A stretch of 64,000 nt of DNA. Origin: Ignavibacteria bacterium. Its GTDB lineage: Bacteria > Bacteroidota > Ignavibacteria > Tepidaquicellales > OLB5. Of the stretch, positions 19,277 through 30,272 are shown piece after piece. Numbering within the stretch: the first letter of the stretch is position 1; each line of letters begins with the position of its first letter. The position numbers and the translations under genes are program-made. The notes under the pieces were generated by a model. That model saw nothing but the letters and a program-made list of their open reading frames with translations, ran no database searches and had not been told where the DNA came from. The stretch is from NCBI GenBank assembly GCA_020852705.1, contig JADZAP010000036.1:31045-95044 (forward strand), in the 5' to 3' direction.

Positions 19277-20998
19277 TCAGCTTCTGGCTTTTTTTCTTTT
19301 ATTCCATCTAAAAAGTCCATAAATCAAAACCAATAAAGGAGGACCTACAAGCATTCCGTATTTTACAATTGTCCTTGTACTATCTTCAATTGAATCAAGC
19401 GGTTTTGGGTTAGCATCTTTTGATCTTATTTGTGAAAGTCCTGCATCATCGCTCATATAATCAATCATATTTGCAAAAAATAAAAGACTTTCATCTGGTC
19501 CGCGGAAATCATCCTGCGGAAAATCTCCATTGCCAAGTACAATAATTTTTGATACCGGGCTTTCGGGCTTTACTGTTGTTGGCGGCGGGTTAGAACCAGC
19601 TGCTGTATCAGATGGAATACTTTTTCCATTATAAAAACTCTTAAACACACCATCGTAAATTGCTCCAACTACAAGATCCTTTGCTTTAAACATTGAGTCA
19701 GGCAGCATTTGACCTGATGCCTGCACAATTGCAAATTCATTTGCAACACCTGTTTTTGGCGAAGTTGTAAGCAGCGGAGTAACTTTAACTCCTTTAGTGC
19801 CTGCTGCATTTAGATCAAGATCACTTGTAAAACCTAAAAATACCTGACCTATATTTGCAAATGAAGGTATATCTCTGTTTATATTAACAATTTTTGGGTA
19901 ATATGGAAAAGGAATCTGTGTGTACATTTGCAGCGGACCCTGCTGTACCGGAACCTGTATAAAAGCACATTCCTTATCTGTTATTATTGTTTTGTTAACT
20001 TTGGCACCATAACCCTCAAGCATATCTTCTAATCCGGTTGAAACAACCTGTGCAATCTGAAACTGCTGCTGTGATGATACATTAATTTTACTCAGCAAAA
20101 AGATTACTCTGCCTCCGTTCATTATGTACTGGTCAATAGCAAATTTTATGTTTTCCGGTACTACAGGCGGAGGTGCCTGCTGCTGCTGACCCATCATCTG
20201 GTTCTGCTGAGGAGCTTTAGGTGAAAAAACTATAAGTGTCTTAACATCTGCAGGTATTGGATTGTTCTTTGATGCATCTATATTTGTAACATTATAAAAC
20301 TTTGTAAGATACTGATTAACCTTTCCAATTTTATCTACACCGGGCATTCCATCGCCGGAAAGCACACCAATCTTTTTAAGCTCAGGCAGAGTTAAGCGGT
20401 TAATAACACCTGTTATATCGTATTCCAGATTTTCTGTATTCCCTACAAACGGTATAGCTTCCTGTTTGCCACCATATAGCAATACCATACCCATATATGC
20501 TTTTAGTGCTTCTGCTCGGTCATTTTTAACTGTTTGTACCTGCACCGGCTGAATACCATATTTTTGAGCTTCTTTTTCAAGCTCTTCCTGATCGCTTGGA
20601 CTTATTATCTCATAGTTAATTTTACCATTAGAAGCACTACGGTAATCGTCAAGCAGTTCCTGAAGGTAACGGCGATTATTATTGTAAGGTGATGGTAAAT
20701 TATCGGTAAAATATGCTTTTATTACAAGCTTATCATCTAACTTACTTACTATTTGTTTACTTGCATCACTTAATGTATATATATTGTTTGGAGTAAGATC
20801 CCACCGGTGGAAAAACTTAATTGCAATAATATTTAATACAACAAGTATGCCCGCTACAAGTAGAATGCTGATTATTGCCTGTCTTCTGCGTGATTCAGTC
20901 TTTTTCTTTCTCCCCGCAAGTCTGCTGTCTTCGGCAATTTCTTCAACTGATTCTTCTTCGTTATTTAACTCGTCTTTATTTTCTAATTCTTCTGACAT
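19277..20998 (-). CDS. GldG-like auxiliary component of ABC-type transport system
   Basis: 573 aa with N- and C-terminal TM anchors and a large periplasmic domain. It follows the ABC-2 permease and ATPase genes. Confidence 0.8.
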   Translation of the reverse strand: MSEELENKDELNNEEESVEEIAEDSRLAGRKKKTESRRRQAIISILLVAGILVVLNIIAIKFFHRWDLTPNNIYTLSDASKQIVSKLDDKLVIKAYFTDNLPSPYNNNRRYLQELLDDYRSASNGKINYEIISPSDQEELEKEAQKYGIQPVQVQTVKNDRAEALKAYMGMVLLYGGKQEAIPFVGNTENLEYDITGVINRLTLPELKKIGVLSGDGMPGVDKIGKVNQYLTKFYNVTNIDASKNNPIPADVKTLIVFSPKAPQQNQMMGQQQQAPPPVVPENIKFAIDQYIMNGGRVIFLLSKINVSSQQQFQIAQVVSTGLEDMLEGYGAKVNKTIITDKECAFIQVPVQQGPLQMYTQIPFPYYPKIVNINRDIPSFANIGQVFLGFTSDLDLNAAGTKGVKVTPLLTTSPKTGVANEFAIVQASGQMLPDSMFKAKDLVVGAIYDGVFKSFYNGKSIPSDTAAGSNPPPTTVKPESPVSKIIVLGNGDFPQDDFRGPDESLLFFANMIDYMSDDAGLSQIRSKDANPKPLDSIEDSTRTIVKYGMLVGPPLLVLIYGLFRWNKRKKARS

Positions 20999-21041
20999 AT
21001 TTATATTTTAAAATACTGTTTTATTTAATAATTTTTAATAA

Positions 21042-21764
21042 TTACCATTTTCTGCTTTCAAGAGATACCTTTGTTAAAAACAGGGTAAAAAATATCATTG
21101 AGAAATAATATATTAAAACCCTTGTATCAATAACACCTCTTGAAATATTGCTTAAATGATAATCTGTTGTAATATATTCAAAAATAGAAACAACCGATAC
21201 CGGGAATACAATTAACAGCTTGCCTAATAAGAAAAAGAACAAACTGATAAGCACACTTATAATAAATGCTATAATTTGGTTTTCGGTTAATGAAGATACA
21301 AAAATACCTATTCCAATAAAAAAAGCACTCATTAAAATATATCCCACCAAACTTGTTACAAACGGCCAAAATGCAATTGGACCAATCATTTTAATGATAA
21401 TGAAATACAGCACAGTTGGAGAAAGTGTAATTACTATAAGAGTTAATGCTGAAAGATATTTTCCTAAAATAAGTTCAATATCTGTTACAGGTTTTGTAAG
21501 CAGAAGCTCAAGTGTACCCTGTTTCTTTTCTTCAGAAAAAGTACGCATAGTTATTGCAGGAATAAAAACTACAAACAATACTAATTGTATAAAGAAACTT
21601 CCGAAGAATTCTCTCATAGAGGCGATATTTATCTGAAAAAAGCTCATGGAAAATAAAAATCCAGAAATAGCCATAAATACAATCATTACAATATAAGCTA
21701 TAGGTGAATTAAAATAGCTTTTAAGCTCCTTTGAAAATATGGTTTTTATATTCTGTGTATTCAT
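21042..21764 (-). CDS. ABC-2 type transporter permease (GldF-like)
   Basis: 240 aa with six hydrophobic helices. Its start lies 1 nt downstream of the stop of the ATPase gene. Confidence 0.8.
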   Translation of the reverse strand: MNTQNIKTIFSKELKSYFNSPIAYIVMIVFMAISGFLFSMSFFQINIASMREFFGSFFIQLVLFVVFIPAITMRTFSEEKKQGTLELLLTKPVTDIELILGKYLSALTLIVITLSPTVLYFIIIKMIGPIAFWPFVTSLVGYILMSAFFIGIGIFVSSLTENQIIAFIISVLISLFFFLLGKLLIVFPVSVVSIFEYITTDYHLSNISRGVIDTRVLIYYFSMIFFTLFLTKVSLESRKW

Positions 21765-21765
21765 A

Positions 21766-22701
21766 TTATTTAGTTAACTCCCTGAATATATCTTCTAACG
21801 ATGATTGCTTTGCCTGCATAGAAAGTACAATTGCTTTATTTAGCATAACTTTACCGGATATTACTTCACGCAAGTCAATACCGTGATTGCCATAAATGTT
21901 AAATATAAAAGAATCACCTGTATCTTTTACAAAATCAACTTTATTCACACTTCTTATTTCTTTTAAACTGCCAAGAAGAGCATTTTTATCACAATTATTT
22001 TTTACTTCTAGTGTTACAATACTTTGTCCTTTTGATTTTGACTGAAGTTCTTGAGGTGTTCCATCAGCAACAATTTTTCCTTTGTTGATAATAATTACAC
22101 GGTTGCAGGTTGCCGTAACTTCTGAAAGGATGTGTGTTGAAAGTATTACTGTTTTTTCCTTGCCAAGTTTTTTTATAAGATTACGAATTTCAATTATCTG
22201 ATTGGGATCTAATCCTGATGTTGGTTCATCAAGTATTAGCACATCGGGATTGTTTATCATTGCCTGTGCAAGCCCAACACGCTGCTTAAATCCTTTTGAA
22301 AGTGTACCAATATCTTTATGCTTTACGCTTTCTAGACCGCAAACCCTTATCATATCATCACGCCTTTTCTTTATCTCACCTCTTGGCACGCCATCTAACT
22401 TTGCAATAAACTCAAGATAGTCTGTAACTATCATATCATAATAAAGCGGGTTAAGCTCAGGCAGGTATCCAAGCTTTTTTCTTACTTCAAGAGACTTATC
22501 TTCAACATCAAATCCATCAACTTCAACTGATCCCGAGGTTGGAGGAAGATATGTTGTGATAATTTTCATGGTTGTGGATTTACCTGCTCCGTTGGGTCCT
22601 AGAAATCCTAGAATTTCACCCTTTTTTGCTTCAAACGAAATATCATCCACGGCAAGATAATTACCATAATATTTTGTTAAATTAGTTACCTTAATTGACA
22701 T
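21766..22701 (-). CDS. ABC transporter ATP-binding protein (GldA-like)
   Basis: Walker A GPNGAGKST, signature LSKGFKQRVGLAQA, Walker B LILDEPTSGLD. Confidence 0.92.
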   Translation of the reverse strand: MSIKVTNLTKYYGNYLAVDDISFEAKKGEILGFLGPNGAGKSTTMKIITTYLPPTSGSVEVDGFDVEDKSLEVRKKLGYLPELNPLYYDMIVTDYLEFIAKLDGVPRGEIKKRRDDMIRVCGLESVKHKDIGTLSKGFKQRVGLAQAMINNPDVLILDEPTSGLDPNQIIEIRNLIKKLGKEKTVILSTHILSEVTATCNRVIIINKGKIVADGTPQELQSKSKGQSIVTLEVKNNCDKNALLGSLKEIRSVNKVDFVKDTGDSFIFNIYGNHGIDLREVISGKVMLNKAIVLSMQAKQSSLEDIFRELTK

Positions 22702-22863
22702 ATTTATTGTATAGTTTAAATATTAATTTCAAAAAAATAAAACACAATTATTTAATTTTTATGTTTTTTCAATGGAAAAAGGCTGAAAAAACCAAATATT
22801 GGTGGCTGGGTAAGCACAATTATATGAATTTTATCACTCTTAAAAAAGGGATAAGTTGGGTAG

Positions 22864-22871
22864 TAACTTTG
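22864..22871 (+). promoter_or_regulatory. candidate -7 promoter box TAnnTTTG (TAACTTTG)
   Basis: Exact match 17 nt upstream of ATG 22888. Confidence 0.3.
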
Positions 22872-22887
22872 ATTTTTTTTTATATTT

Positions 22888-23691
22888 ATGAATGAAAAAA
22901 TTAAAATAGAACACATTTGCCAAAATTGCGGAAAAGATCTCAATGGTAAATATTGCTCAAATTGCGGGCAGCGCGGTGATGCTGTTTTAGATAGATCAGT
23001 TTTATCAATTTTTGGTCAGTTTTTTGAGGAAGCTTTTGATTGGGATTCCAAGTTTTTCCGTTCGGTAAAATATCTTTTTACCCGGCCCGGTTTCCTTACT
23101 CATGAATATATATCAGGAAGAATTAACAGTTATGTTTCACCTTTAAAAATGTTTCTCTTTACCAGTTTTATTCTTTTTTTTATTATGATAAAAAGTGACC
23201 CAAATCAATACAAAGCTCTTGTAACTGAGTCTGATAATGATGATTTCCTTAAACAATTTATACTTGATGAACAAAAGCACAGTAATAAACCCGATATATT
23301 ATATAAAGATGAATTCAATAATCAGTTCAACAATAATATTACAATTTATATCTTTGCTATAATGTTTTTATTCTCAATAATTTTAAAGCTGGTTTATTTG
23401 CCAAAAAATTATTATTATTCTGAACACTTTGTTTTTACTCTGCATTTTTTTACATTTACGCTTTGGTGCTTTTTGCTTGCTGTAATTTTTCAGTCCTTAG
23501 GAGATTTTTCGGTTTTAATATTTTTTTATATGGTGCCGGGCGTTTATTTGTTTTTTGCCGTTAAGAAAGTTTATCATAAAACATTTTGGAAAGCTATACT
23601 TGTAAGTTTATTTATGACCTTTTCTTTCTGGTTTCTTTTGACCAGCTGGATCTTTTTTACAATATTTGCAAGTGCTTACCTTGCTGCATAA
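22888..23691 (+). CDS. DUF3667-like membrane protein with N-terminal zinc ribbon
   Basis: 267 aa. CQNCGKDLNGKYCSNCGQ zinc ribbon followed by several TM helices. Confidence 0.75.
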   Translation: MNEKIKIEHICQNCGKDLNGKYCSNCGQRGDAVLDRSVLSIFGQFFEEAFDWDSKFFRSVKYLFTRPGFLTHEYISGRINSYVSPLKMFLFTSFILFFIMIKSDPNQYKALVTESDNDDFLKQFILDEQKHSNKPDILYKDEFNNQFNNNITIYIFAIMFLFSIILKLVYLPKNYYYSEHFVFTLHFFTFTLWCFLLAVIFQSLGDFSVLIFFYMVPGVYLFFAVKKVYHKTFWKAILVSLFMTFSFWFLLTSWIFFTIFASAYLAA

Positions 23692-23713
23692 TAAATTTCC
23701 GTTTTATATAAAA

Positions 23714-23767
23714 TGTACTGAAAAAAATTAAACTGTTCTGAAAATTTTAATTGTTCTGAAAATTTAT
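23714..23767. repeat. three tandem imperfect copies of TGTwCTGAAAAwwTT (period 18-20 nt)
   Basis: tgtactgaaaaaaatt / tgttctgaaaatttta / tgttctgaaaatttat, read directly in the convergent intergenic region. Confidence 0.8.
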
Positions 23768-23789
23768 AGCTTTCATTAATTTTAACTCT

Positions 23790-25025
23790 TTATTTTACAA
23801 GTATCATTTTACTTGTTTTAGTAAATTTATTTGTTAAGAGTGAATAAAAATAAACACCGCTGGAATAATTTTCAGCATTCCAGGTTGCTGTATAGCTACC
23901 TGCGCTAAGCTCTTTTGAAAATAATACTTCGGTTAATTTTCCTGTTAAATCATATATCCTTATTTCTGCAAATGTTCTCTCAGGCAATGTAAAATTTATA
24001 TTTGTAACAGGATTAAACGGATTTGGATAGTTTTGCTCCAAAGAATAATCAGCCGGAACTTCCGTTCCGGTTTGCGATAAAAATGTAATTCCCCCGTTTG
24101 TTGTTTTAAGTATTTTACCTGACCATGAAGATATGTATCCGGTTGAAGCTGTTGTGAACCATACATCGGTTAAAATTTCATTTAATGGTGAAATTTGCGG
24201 TAACCAGTTATCACCTCCATCAGTAGTCCTGACTATTGCTCCGCTATTGCCGCAGGCAAATCCAGTCATGGCATCAGTAAAATACACGCCAAATAAAGAT
24301 TGAGTTGTACCTGAATTTACAACTGTCCAGTTAGCTCCGCTGTTGGTTGTTTTAACTATTCTTCCTGCATCACTTACATAAAGACCAAGGTTTACATTGA
24401 AGAAATAAATTTCCCTGAAGTTTTCAAATCCGCTGATAAACGGTGCATTCATATTAATCCAGTTATCACCCTGATTTGTTGTTTTCAGTGCAATTGCAAA
24501 CCCGGAAATAAAACCGGTATTTTCGTTTATAAAATAAATTGAGTTGAGTGATGTTTGTGTAGGTGAGCTTAAATTAAACCAGTTAACCCCAGCATTTGTG
24601 GTTTTCATTATCCTTCCGGTTGAGCCCGAAGCAAACCCTGTTTGCTGGTTAACAAAATACAAACCCCACAATTGAAGTCCTGTTTCAGAATGTACCGTAA
24701 CCCAGTTTGTACCGCCATTAATTGTACGTATAATTTTTCCGTCATTTCCGCTCATATATACTGTATCAGGATGACGAAGCCATATAGCCATAAATCTCAT
24801 TGATGTATAGCCTGAATTCTGATCAATCCAATTTGCCCCCGCATTTGTTGTTTTGTGTATATTATAATTTGATCCGTTATACAATGGTGCGGTAGTGTAT
24901 CCTGTATTTTCATTATAAAATCTAATGGTTTGCAGTGATTGAGCCGGTGAGAATGTGGTTTGAATATACCATCCCTGTGAATAAGAAATAAACGGTAATA
25001 AAAATATCAGCAGTCTTTTTAACAT
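23790..25025 (-). CDS. T9SS-sorted BNR/Ycf48-like beta-propeller protein
   Basis: 411 aa with a signal peptide. Seven T(T/I)N.G.NW repeats (TTNAGANW, TINGGTNW, TTNAGVNW, TTNQGDNW, TTNSGANW, TTDGGDNW, TTNGGITF). C-terminal LEQNYPNPFNPVTNINF. Confidence 0.8.
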   Translation of the reverse strand: MLKRLLIFLLPFISYSQGWYIQTTFSPAQSLQTIRFYNENTGYTTAPLYNGSNYNIHKTTNAGANWIDQNSGYTSMRFMAIWLRHPDTVYMSGNDGKIIRTINGGTNWVTVHSETGLQLWGLYFVNQQTGFASGSTGRIMKTTNAGVNWFNLSSPTQTSLNSIYFINENTGFISGFAIALKTTNQGDNWINMNAPFISGFENFREIYFFNVNLGLYVSDAGRIVKTTNSGANWTVVNSGTTQSLFGVYFTDAMTGFACGNSGAIVRTTDGGDNWLPQISPLNEILTDVWFTTASTGYISSWSGKILKTTNGGITFLSQTGTEVPADYSLEQNYPNPFNPVTNINFTLPERTFAEIRIYDLTGKLTEVLFSKELSAGSYTATWNAENYSSGVYFYSLLTNKFTKTSKMILVK

Positions 25026-25076
25026 ATAGAAATTTATTTTAATAGCAATTTACGGATTAATTATTAATTAAATTGA

Positions 25077-26831
25077 TTATTTTATGAATAACATTTTTTT
25101 AGTTTCTTTAAAATTTCCAGTACTTAATGTATAAAAATAAATTCCGCTGGCAAATTTTGATGCATTCCATTCAAATTCATAAGTACCTGGATTTAACTCT
25201 TGGTCAACAAGAATCTCAATTTCATTGCCTAATGTATTATATATTTTTAACTGCACCTGCAATAATTTTCCTAATGGCAAAGTAATATCAGGGATATCAA
25301 ACTTTATCTTTGTTACAGGATTAAACGGATTTGGATAGTTTTGGCTTAAACTGAATTTTTCCGGTATTTCGTTGCCTGTATGGTGAATACCTGTTTCAAT
25401 CACAACATTTATATAGCAATCTTTAAATGATGTATCATTCCCAAATTGATTTGATGCAATTAATCTGACAGGATATATTCCCGGCGTACTGTAAGTTATA
25501 CCGGCAGGATTTTGCTGTATTGAACTCGGGGTATTTGAACCGGTAAACTGCCAGTTCCATGCTGTTGGTTCAAATGATGACTGGTCATTAAAAATTATAG
25601 GGGTATTTACATAGACTGTTGTTGTGCTTGCTTTAAAATCAGCAACAGGTTTAATATTGTAATTTGTTTTATATGCTTTTATTTCAGTACCTGCCCCGCT
25701 CGTAACAAAAATTCCGTTTTGCCCCAAATTTGGACCGCTGTATATATTATATGGCACATTAAGCTGCCACTTTATTATTTGCAGGTTTGGGGTAAATGCT
25801 ACATACCTGCCGCTGCCTGATTCGCCTGTGCTGACTATAATTGTGGAATCAGCTCCGCAAGACATATATGCCAGCGGAGTTCTTATTTGGGCGGAGTCTA
25901 ATATATTTCCGTTTGCTGGATTGAGTCTGTATATATTGCTGTTTGCAAATTGTGAGGGATCATTAATATTTGATGCATACAATGTTCCATCTTTACCTAC
26001 ACCTTTTACAACATAACCCGGTGCATGTACCCATAACTGAGAAAATGCTGAACCATTATCCTTAAAAGCATATAAAGAGCCCCCATCACGGCAAATGTAT
26101 ATTGTACCATCGGGACCAATACAAAGGTCATTTTCCTGGTCTCCATCACCAGGCAAATCTGCTGAGGTGTACTTTGTAGATCCTGTATTCAAATCAATAG
26201 CTATAAGTTTCTTTGGGGTTACTATAGAGCCTGTCCAGTGATAATATGTATTTCCGTAGATACAAAAACCTCCATCCGGACTAACAGGAATAATATAATT
26301 ATTTGTCCATTTAACAAAACCCGTACTTTTGTCAATCCTTTTTCCCTTTTCTATCGGGTCACCATTACATGCAAAAAGCAATCCGGTATTACCCGGAAAC
26401 ATATCAGAAGCTATTGACCATTTTACTGATCCGTCTGAAATATTAAATGCATACAAAAGTGCAGAATTATAATCACAGGCATAAACTGCATCCTCGTTAA
26501 ATCCAACTGCATACATTTTAGAGCTTGGATTTATCATTTTTTCCCATAACAATGAACCTGTGTTCAGATTTCGCAGTTCAATTTTTCCGGAGTATGGCGA
26601 AAGTATAATTCTTGATGTTACGAACTTATCATTATATGTGTAAACGGAGTTACCCCATGCAGTTGAAGCAGAGTTTGTAACTATCCAATATGGATTTGAT
26701 ACATTATCAGGTCCGGTTATTTTGCTTAACCCGTTACGCTGCAAGTTCCCACCGGTGGTTATCCAGTTTTGCGAATAAAGATTAACAGATAATGTAAGGT
26801 TGATAATTAATGAGTATATAACCTGCTTCAT
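25077..26831 (-). CDS. T9SS-sorted PQQ-like beta-propeller plus PKD-domain protein
   Basis: 584 aa with a signal peptide. Propeller-like repeats. A PKD-like segment (FNDQSSFEPTAWNWQFTGSN...GIYPVRLIASNQFG). C-terminal LSQNYPNPFNPVTKIKF. Confidence 0.8.
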   Translation of the reverse strand: MKQVIYSLIINLTLSVNLYSQNWITTGGNLQRNGLSKITGPDNVSNPYWIVTNSASTAWGNSVYTYNDKFVTSRIILSPYSGKIELRNLNTGSLLWEKMINPSSKMYAVGFNEDAVYACDYNSALLYAFNISDGSVKWSIASDMFPGNTGLLFACNGDPIEKGKRIDKSTGFVKWTNNYIIPVSPDGGFCIYGNTYYHWTGSIVTPKKLIAIDLNTGSTKYTSADLPGDGDQENDLCIGPDGTIYICRDGGSLYAFKDNGSAFSQLWVHAPGYVVKGVGKDGTLYASNINDPSQFANSNIYRLNPANGNILDSAQIRTPLAYMSCGADSTIIVSTGESGSGRYVAFTPNLQIIKWQLNVPYNIYSGPNLGQNGIFVTSGAGTEIKAYKTNYNIKPVADFKASTTTVYVNTPIIFNDQSSFEPTAWNWQFTGSNTPSSIQQNPAGITYSTPGIYPVRLIASNQFGNDTSFKDCYINVVIETGIHHTGNEIPEKFSLSQNYPNPFNPVTKIKFDIPDITLPLGKLLQVQLKIYNTLGNEIEILVDQELNPGTYEFEWNASKFASGIYFYTLSTGNFKETKKMLFIK

Positions 26832-26939
26832 ACTATTATTGGTTAATTAATTTCAATAATAAAACAGATTTTTGATTTATTCCATTAAATTATTAAGGTA
26901 TATAATAAAAAAGTTAATTTGGTTTTAATTACATAATTT

Positions 26940-27842
26940 TTATACTTTGATCATTTTACTAACTATTTCAGCAAATATATCAGCGGATGGCGGATATTTT
27001 CTGAACCATAGCTCAGGTTCAAACAATTCAAGTTCTCCCACAGATAGCTTACCATTGTTGTCTCTCATTACATCAACGCGTGCATAAGGAATACCGGGTT
27101 TTGTTAAATTAACTGCCTGTTCTGCAAAAATAATTTCTTCATTTGAGGGATTGTAATCATGAACACTTCCTCCATAATCATCCTGAACTCTGTAATCACC
27201 TCCTTTTGCATTTTTTAAAACAGCATGAGTAAACTTTCCCCCGAATATCATATAAGATACTTCACCCTGTGAAATTATTGTATGCTGAAATTCCTGCAGC
27301 ATCATGCAGTTATCTTTAATAAGCTTTTTATAAATCAATTCATGATTTTCAATTTTTTCTCTGCTGAATCTGAATGTATTCCATGCTCCTCCTGAAATTG
27401 CCGGCTTTAAGATAAATTCATCCCAATTAATTCCTGAAGTAATTTCTTTAAGCGTTCTTTTTTCACCCTGCTCTATAAATATTGTATCGGGAATGTTTAT
27501 TCCCAATGTTTTAAGTTCAAGCATATAATGTTTATCAATATTCCATTTGATAATTTCATAAGAGTTAATAAACTGAGTTATTTTAGCAGTTTCTTCAAAC
27601 CAGTTTGAAAATTCTGCATATCTGTTAAAATAATCCCAGGGGGTACGTATAATTATATATTTTGTTTCAGTCCAGTTAAATTTTGGATTATCCCAGTTAA
27701 TTCTGCTTACAGATAGTCCCTGTTTTTCCAAAGCAATTCTTAGAAGTCTGTCATCTTCAATGATGTTTTCAACATACCAATCACCTTTATTTGCAGTTAA
27801 ATATGCCGATGAGGTAAGTAATGTAATATTGGTTTTTGACAA
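26940..27842 (-). CDS. ATP-grasp-like protein (RimK/glutathione-synthetase-like fold suspected)
   Basis: 300 aa. LKPAISGGAWNTFRF and ARVDVMRDNNGKLSVGELELFEPELW resemble ATP-grasp strands. By-eye call only. Confidence 0.5.
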   Translation of the reverse strand: MSKTNITLLTSSAYLTANKGDWYVENIIEDDRLLRIALEKQGLSVSRINWDNPKFNWTETKYIIIRTPWDYFNRYAEFSNWFEETAKITQFINSYEIIKWNIDKHYMLELKTLGINIPDTIFIEQGEKRTLKEITSGINWDEFILKPAISGGAWNTFRFSREKIENHELIYKKLIKDNCMMLQEFQHTIISQGEVSYMIFGGKFTHAVLKNAKGGDYRVQDDYGGSVHDYNPSNEEIIFAEQAVNLTKPGIPYARVDVMRDNNGKLSVGELELFEPELWFRKYPPSADIFAEIVSKMIKV

Positions 27843-28112
27843 AAATTTCGATTTAATTTCTTACAAAATAAGCTTTTATTTATTAAAAAATCAAAATATT
27901 TTGTATTTTACTAATTCTATTGAGTAATTTTACTAATTATACTTAGTAAAATCCGATAATATTTTTGTAATTTTAAACCGAAAGAATAAATTTTTTATAA
28001 AGATCTTTTTTTATTGAAAATATTTTATTTTTAATTATATTCAAATAAATAATGATACTCTTAGTTGGAAAGATTTTATAAAAATTGATATTGATGAATT
28101 ATTTGAATAATA

Positions 28113-30236
28113 ATGAATATTCCAAATAAACTGGTAAGCGAAAAATCACCTTACCTTCAGCAGCATGCCTATAATCCGGTTGAGTGGTATCCATGGAGTG
28201 AAGAAGCATTCCAAAAAGCTAAAATTGAGGATAAACCAATTTTCCTTTCAATAGGATACTCAACCTGTTATTGGTGTCATGTAATGGAGCGCGAAGTTTT
28301 TGAAGTTGAAGCGATTGCAAAAGAAATGAACAGGATGTATGTGAATATTAAAGTGGATAGAGAAGAGCGTCCTGATATTGACCGTGTATATATGTCAGCC
28401 CTGCAGGCAATGACAGGCTCAGGCGGATGGCCTATGAGTATGTTTTTAACTCCCGACCTGAAACCGTTTTATGGCGCTACCTATGTGCCGCCAACCTCCA
28501 AATACGGCATGCCCGGCTTTGTTGAACTTATAACTCAGCTAAATGATGCCTGGAAAACGCAAAGAGATGAAGTTCTGGATTCAGGTAATAAAATAATAGA
28601 GCATATCAGTAATGTCTCTGATTCTATTAAAGCATCAGAAGAACTTAACAATGAATTACTTCTTAAAGGAGCTGAACAGTTCAAAAACGGTTTTGATGAA
28701 GAGTATGGCGGATTTGGCGGAGCACCAAAATTTCCAAGACCGCCGGGAATAAATTTTCTGCTGAGAATTTTTTACAGGTTTAGTGACAAGGAATCCTTGC
28801 AAATGGTTATTCGCACACTGCTTCAAATGGAAAAAGGGGGAATGTATGACCATTTAGGCGGAGGTTTTCACCGTTACAGCGTTGATAGATATTGGCGGGT
28901 GCCGCATTTTGAAAAAATGCTTTATGATCAGGCACAGCTTACTGTAAATTATCTGGAAGTTTATCAAATTACCGGTGATAAATATTTTGCGGGTGTAACT
29001 GAAGATATTCTTGATTATGTAACAAGAATAATGACAAGTCCCGAAGGCGGCTTTTATTCAGCCGAAGATGCCGAGTCAGCGATAAGCAAAAATAATCTGA
29101 ACGAAAAGGAAGAAGGTGCATTTTATATATGGAGTAAAACAGAAATTGATAAACTGCTTGGAAAAAATGCTGAGTTATTTAATTATTATTTTTACATAAA
29201 TGAATACGGAAATGCACCCAAAGGAAGTGACCCGCACGGAGTATTTAAAGATAAAAATATATTATTTAAAGCACATTCGTTAAGTGAAACATCCAATAAA
29301 TTTAAATTATCAACTGATGAAATAAATAATATTATTGAAGAGAGCTGCAGGATATTAATTAATGAACGTAAAAAGCGTCCTTTACCCCTTAAAGATGATA
29401 AAATTCTTACTTCATGGAACGGATTAATGATTTCAGCATTTTCAAAAGCATACACTGTTTTAAATAAGACTGAGTATCTTGAAGCAGCTGTAAAAGCATC
29501 TGAATTTATCTGGATTAATCTGTATAATCCTGAATCAAAAACCCTTTTGCACCGCTGGCGTGAAGGTGAAGCAAAAATTGAAGCAATGCTTGATGATTTT
29601 GCTTTTTATATTCAGGCGTTGATTGATCTGTATGAAGCAACTTTTAATGAATTATACCTTAACCGGGCATTGGAGCTTTCTGAAATTATGATAAATGATT
29701 TTTATGATAATGTTGAAGGCGGATTTTTTGATACTTCCGGAAAAGATAGAAGTATATTGCTTAGAACAAAAGAAGATTATGATTCAGCCGAGCCAACAGG
29801 AAATTCAATTGCAATTATAAATCTATTAAGACTTGCTGCCTTATGCGGCAAAAATGAATGGTATGCTCATGCAGAAAAATCACTTAAATTTTTTAAAGGA
29901 AAGCTACAAAAAATGCCTTACGCAATGCCGCAAATGCTAACAGCTATAGACTGGTATCTGCATAAACCTAAACAAATAATTATTGCAGGTAACATTAATG
30001 ATGAAATTGCAAACAATATGAAGCAAGAACTATTTAGAAGATATATCCCTGATAAAGTAACAGTTATAATTAGTCCCCAAGATTCAGTTAATAGCGTAAC
30101 ATTTGCCCGTCAGGTTGTTCATAATACAAACGAAACCAAAGCTTATATATGTGAAAATTATTCTTGTAAACTTCCTGTTGATAATACTAAGGATTTTGTT
30201 GATATAATTGAAGGTACAAAGAATAATTCTAATTAA
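28113..30236 (+). CDS. yyaL: thioredoxin-domain protein YyaL (DUF255 plus six-hairpin glycosidase-like domain)
   Basis: 707 aa. [22 protein letters not shown]...[12 protein letters not shown] is the hallmark N-terminus. Confidence 0.92.
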   Translation: MNIPNKLVSEKSPYLQQHAYNPVEWYPWSEEAFQKAKIEDKPIFLSIGYSTCYWCHVMEREVFEVEAIAKEMNRMYVNIKVDREERPDIDRVYMSALQAMTGSGGWPMSMFLTPDLKPFYGATYVPPTSKYGMPGFVELITQLNDAWKTQRDEVLDSGNKIIEHISNVSDSIKASEELNNELLLKGAEQFKNGFDEEYGGFGGAPKFPRPPGINFLLRIFYRFSDKESLQMVIRTLLQMEKGGMYDHLGGGFHRYSVDRYWRVPHFEKMLYDQAQLTVNYLEVYQITGDKYFAGVTEDILDYVTRIMTSPEGGFYSAEDAESAISKNNLNEKEEGAFYIWSKTEIDKLLGKNAELFNYYFYINEYGNAPKGSDPHGVFKDKNILFKAHSLSETSNKFKLSTDEINNIIEESCRILINERKKRPLPLKDDKILTSWNGLMISAFSKAYTVLNKTEYLEAAVKASEFIWINLYNPESKTLLHRWREGEAKIEAMLDDFAFYIQALIDLYEATFNELYLNRALELSEIMINDFYDNVEGGFFDTSGKDRSILLRTKEDYDSAEPTGNSIAIINLLRLAALCGKNEWYAHAEKSLKFFKGKLQKMPYAMPQMLTAIDWYLHKPKQIIIAGNINDEIANNMKQELFRRYIPDKVTVIISPQDSVNSVTFARQVVHNTNETKAYICENYSCKLPVDNTKDFVDIIEGTKNNSN

Positions 30237-30272
30237 CCAAAACATAAATAAATAAATAGAAAGGGAGATATT

